The notes beneath the pieces were generated by a model that was not told the origin of the DNA, made no database searches, and was given only the letters and a program-made list of their open reading frames with translations. A stretch of 63,365 nucleotides of DNA, counting the filler, from Globobulimina sp. (Eukaryota), in assembly GCA_003354225.1 (NCBI GenBank). It is 50 parts of 50 records of this genome, joined end to end, with 100 filler letters (N's around TTAATTAATTAA, not from the genome) between each part and the next. Parts side by side here need not be neighbours in the genome. Positions count along the whole stretch, not along the records: positions 60,930 to 62,097 come from PIVH01021823.1; positions 62,198 to 63,365 come from PIVH01021824.1; 48 more parts are not named here. One strand, given 5' to 3'. Positions 61,057 to 63,365 of the stretch are shown piece by piece; the stretch's first letter is position 1, and every line of letters begins with the position of its first letter. The translations under genes and the position numbers were made by a program.

Positions 61057-62097
61057 ATGGCAGAAGCAGCGATACCATCAAGAACATCAAAAAGTGAGTA
61101 TGTGGTGAAATTATGGGGTCATTTAAAAGGCCGTATTGATGGCATAATGAAAGAAGAGACAACATTTGACGAATTAACGTCATTTATGGGTGATACCAAA
61201 AATATTAAATTAACAGCCAATTTTTTTATGATGTTATCCTCATTTTGTAACAAAACACCAATACAGAAACATAAAAATCAATCAATAAATACGAAAAAAG
61301 CAAAATTAATTTTATGTGCTTTAATGGTAATAAAATTCCCAAGCGATGCATTAGATGTTACTGCGGCTGATATTAATAAACAAGAATTCAAAGATGCTGA
61401 TCCATTATCAGAGGAATGTTATAAATCTGCAAAGAATATGATTCAATGTATGTTAAATAACAATAATCCCTCCGTGCAATGTATTGATTGTAATAAATTA
61501 TTGAATAAAATTAATGATTTTGAGCGGGCATTTACATATTGGAAGAATAAAGATTTTGAAAAAGTATTAGAATCTCTACTTAATTATTATTGCGAATGGA
61601 TGAAATCATATAAAATATTATCAAAATCGAGCATGAATGAAGTACAAAAAAAAAATGTACTAAATACATTGGTTGAAAATATGAATAAAACACAACAACG
61701 AATTTCGAAATTGGTCGGAATAAATAAGGCGAAAGAAATTTGTCAACAAATCAAAGATAAAGTAAATAATGATAATGAACAAGAACAAGAACAAGAAGAT
61801 GAAGATGAAAAAAAAGAATCATTGGAGGATAAATTAGCAGCAAAAGGAGTGCCCATTAATATTAAAAGTGGCAGAAATTTATTAAAAGAAATGCCGAAAA
61901 CAGAAAACGTCCAAACTGAGAAAAAATATGTAAAAACTGTAAATGGGCAAAAAATGTTGGATTTAGATATGATTATAATGGAGGAAGCGAGTAAAAATTA
62001 TTGGAATAAATTTGAAGATGAAATAAAAAATAATGATTTTTCAGGTTTATTTGAATTATTAAATGAATTATTAAAAAGATTAAAGAAATTAAGCGCA
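61057..62097 (+). CDS. TCP11/Sok1-like protein, 3' partial
   Basis: K.ILCA.M...FP...L, F...F..WK.KD...V...L...Y, M....K.YW..F..EI...DFS.L..LL.EL..RL. Confidence 0.75.
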
Positions 62098-62197
62098 NNN
62101 NNNNNNNNNNNNNNNNNNNNNNNNNNNNNNNNNNNNNNNNNTTAATTAATTAANNNNNNNNNNNNNNNNNNNNNNNNNNNNNNNNNNNNNNNNNNNN

Positions 62198-62920
62198 ATA
62201 TTTGCATTACATTCATGTGATGATATTAAGGGAGACCATAAATTGGATTCTGTTAATATCCAACAACAACTCACCGAAAAAGATGAAAAAATGCAAGAAT
62301 TAAGTTCAAAAATGATATCAATGCAGAATGTAATTAATCAGAAAAGTGAACAAATTCAACAATTAACAAATCAAATAACATCCATCCAACAAGAAACAGC
62401 TTATAATGGCAAAACAATGCAACAAATGCAAAATATGATTGATACCAAAGAAAAAACAGTTACAAAATTAACCAATAAAATAGAATCTATCAATAATAAT
62501 GAAAAAGAAAAAGATAAAATAGTGCAACAATTAGTAAATAAGATAAGTAATATGGAGTCCTATGTATTCGCAGAGAACAAAGGGAATGAAGAGAAGGAGG
62601 ATAATATCAATAATGTAACCACTTCAATATTATTATTACAACAACAAATGAAAGAAATGCAAAAAGAAAATATCCATCAAAATCCAGGACAAAAACAATT
62701 AAAATCATGGCTAATAAATGTAGTTAAATTAGCACAATATTTTGATATTTTTGTGGAAGAAGGTTTTGAAGATTTACAATCTGTAAAATATGTCACCGCA
62801 AATGAGTTGACTTTGATGGGGATTACAAAGATTGCGCATAAAATGAAATTACTTCGATTTATTGCCAAATTAAATGAGGATAATCCACAAAATGAAGGAA
62901 ATACTGGACATTTTAAATAA
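62198..62920 (+). CDS. Coiled-coil protein with C-terminal SAM domain, 5' partial
   Basis: LKSWLINVVKLAQYFDIFVEEGFEDLQSVKYVTANELTLMGITKIAHKMKLL. Confidence 0.88.
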   Translation: MFALHSCDDIKGDHKLDSVNIQQQLTEKDEKMQELSSKMISMQNVINQKSEQIQQLTNQITSIQQETAYNGKTMQQMQNMIDTKEKTVTKLTNKIESINNNEKEKDKIVQQLVNKISNMESYVFAENKGNEEKEDNINNVTTSILLLQQQMKEMQKENIHQNPGQKQLKSWLINVVKLAQYFDIFVEEGFEDLQSVKYVTANELTLMGITKIAHKMKLLRFIAKLNEDNPQNEGNTGHFK

Positions 62921-63365
62921 ATATAACTAGATCTTCCGTGGACTGCAATTAAAACTCCACCTTGGTGAAAAACTTTGTTTTTTAGAAACACGTTTCCAGA
63001 CACGATTTTACTGACTTGTGATAATACTATTGAATTGTAGTGTTTTCAACATATAATACATCAGTTTTATACGGTGTCCATTTACCAATTTTCTCCAAAT
63101 GATATATTCCCCAAAACACATATGAAGACTTGCATTTTAAAACCAAACCTTACTCTTTGTTTTGTTTAACTTCCATCAAAATCATCAAGAACATGCTTAA
63201 CCACATTAAAACCAGTTGTTTAATAAAGTTCAAACGGTGTTTAATAAAGATTCCAATTTTTTTGTTTGTATTTTTGTCATTGGAATAAATGATGAAAAAT
63301 ATCATGAAGTGCACCATACATCATCATACTATCGAATAGATGATAAAAAACATGAGGATTATGAT

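Noticed and set aside
1171-62197. Regularly spaced TTAATTAATTAA repeat resembling an array
   Set aside because: Artificial linker embedded in Ns; not CRISPR or biological.

Overview
This window is not a contiguous locus. It is a concatenation of 50 short contigs (1170, 1169 and 1168 bp, sorted by decreasing length), joined by an artificial 100-nt linker (N44-TTAATTAATTAA-N44, stops in all frames). Synteny across linkers is therefore meaningless. Most contigs come from an AT-rich microbial eukaryote with short GT-AG introns (35-256 nt, resolved by hand for about 15 genes). The recurring SAM, SPRY, RanBP2-ZnF, ankyrin and PTT-repeat proteins fit a foraminiferan/rhizarian whole-genome-amplified assembly (inference). 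Recognisable genes: dynein light chain LC8, CWC21, CC2D2A/MKS6, two phosphatidylserine decarboxylases, VIT1/CCC1, ALDH, SNF2-RING helicase, RasGEF, TCP11-like, Sec14, tectonin lectin, sterol desaturase-like, TRP-like channel, ICMT-like and a choice-of-anchor B protein. Mobile DNA: Helitron Rep, DIRS-type RT/RNase H, Ty3/Gypsy pol and integrase remnants, LINE ORF1/RT remnants and two MITE-like foldbacks. One contig is an HK97-type phage head module. At least three contigs look like eukaryote/bacterium chimeras, probably amplification artefacts. Most interesting leads: (1) a roughly 220-nt direct-repeat-flanked mosaic of tRNA 5'-half-like pieces; (2) a secreted mucin-like gene built from symmetric phase-2 PTT-repeat exons; (3) an intron-split ADP-ribosyltransferase-like (H-STS-ExE) gene; (4) a gustatory-receptor-like 7TM protein. 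No complete multi-gene novel system can be demonstrated from 1.2-kb fragments.
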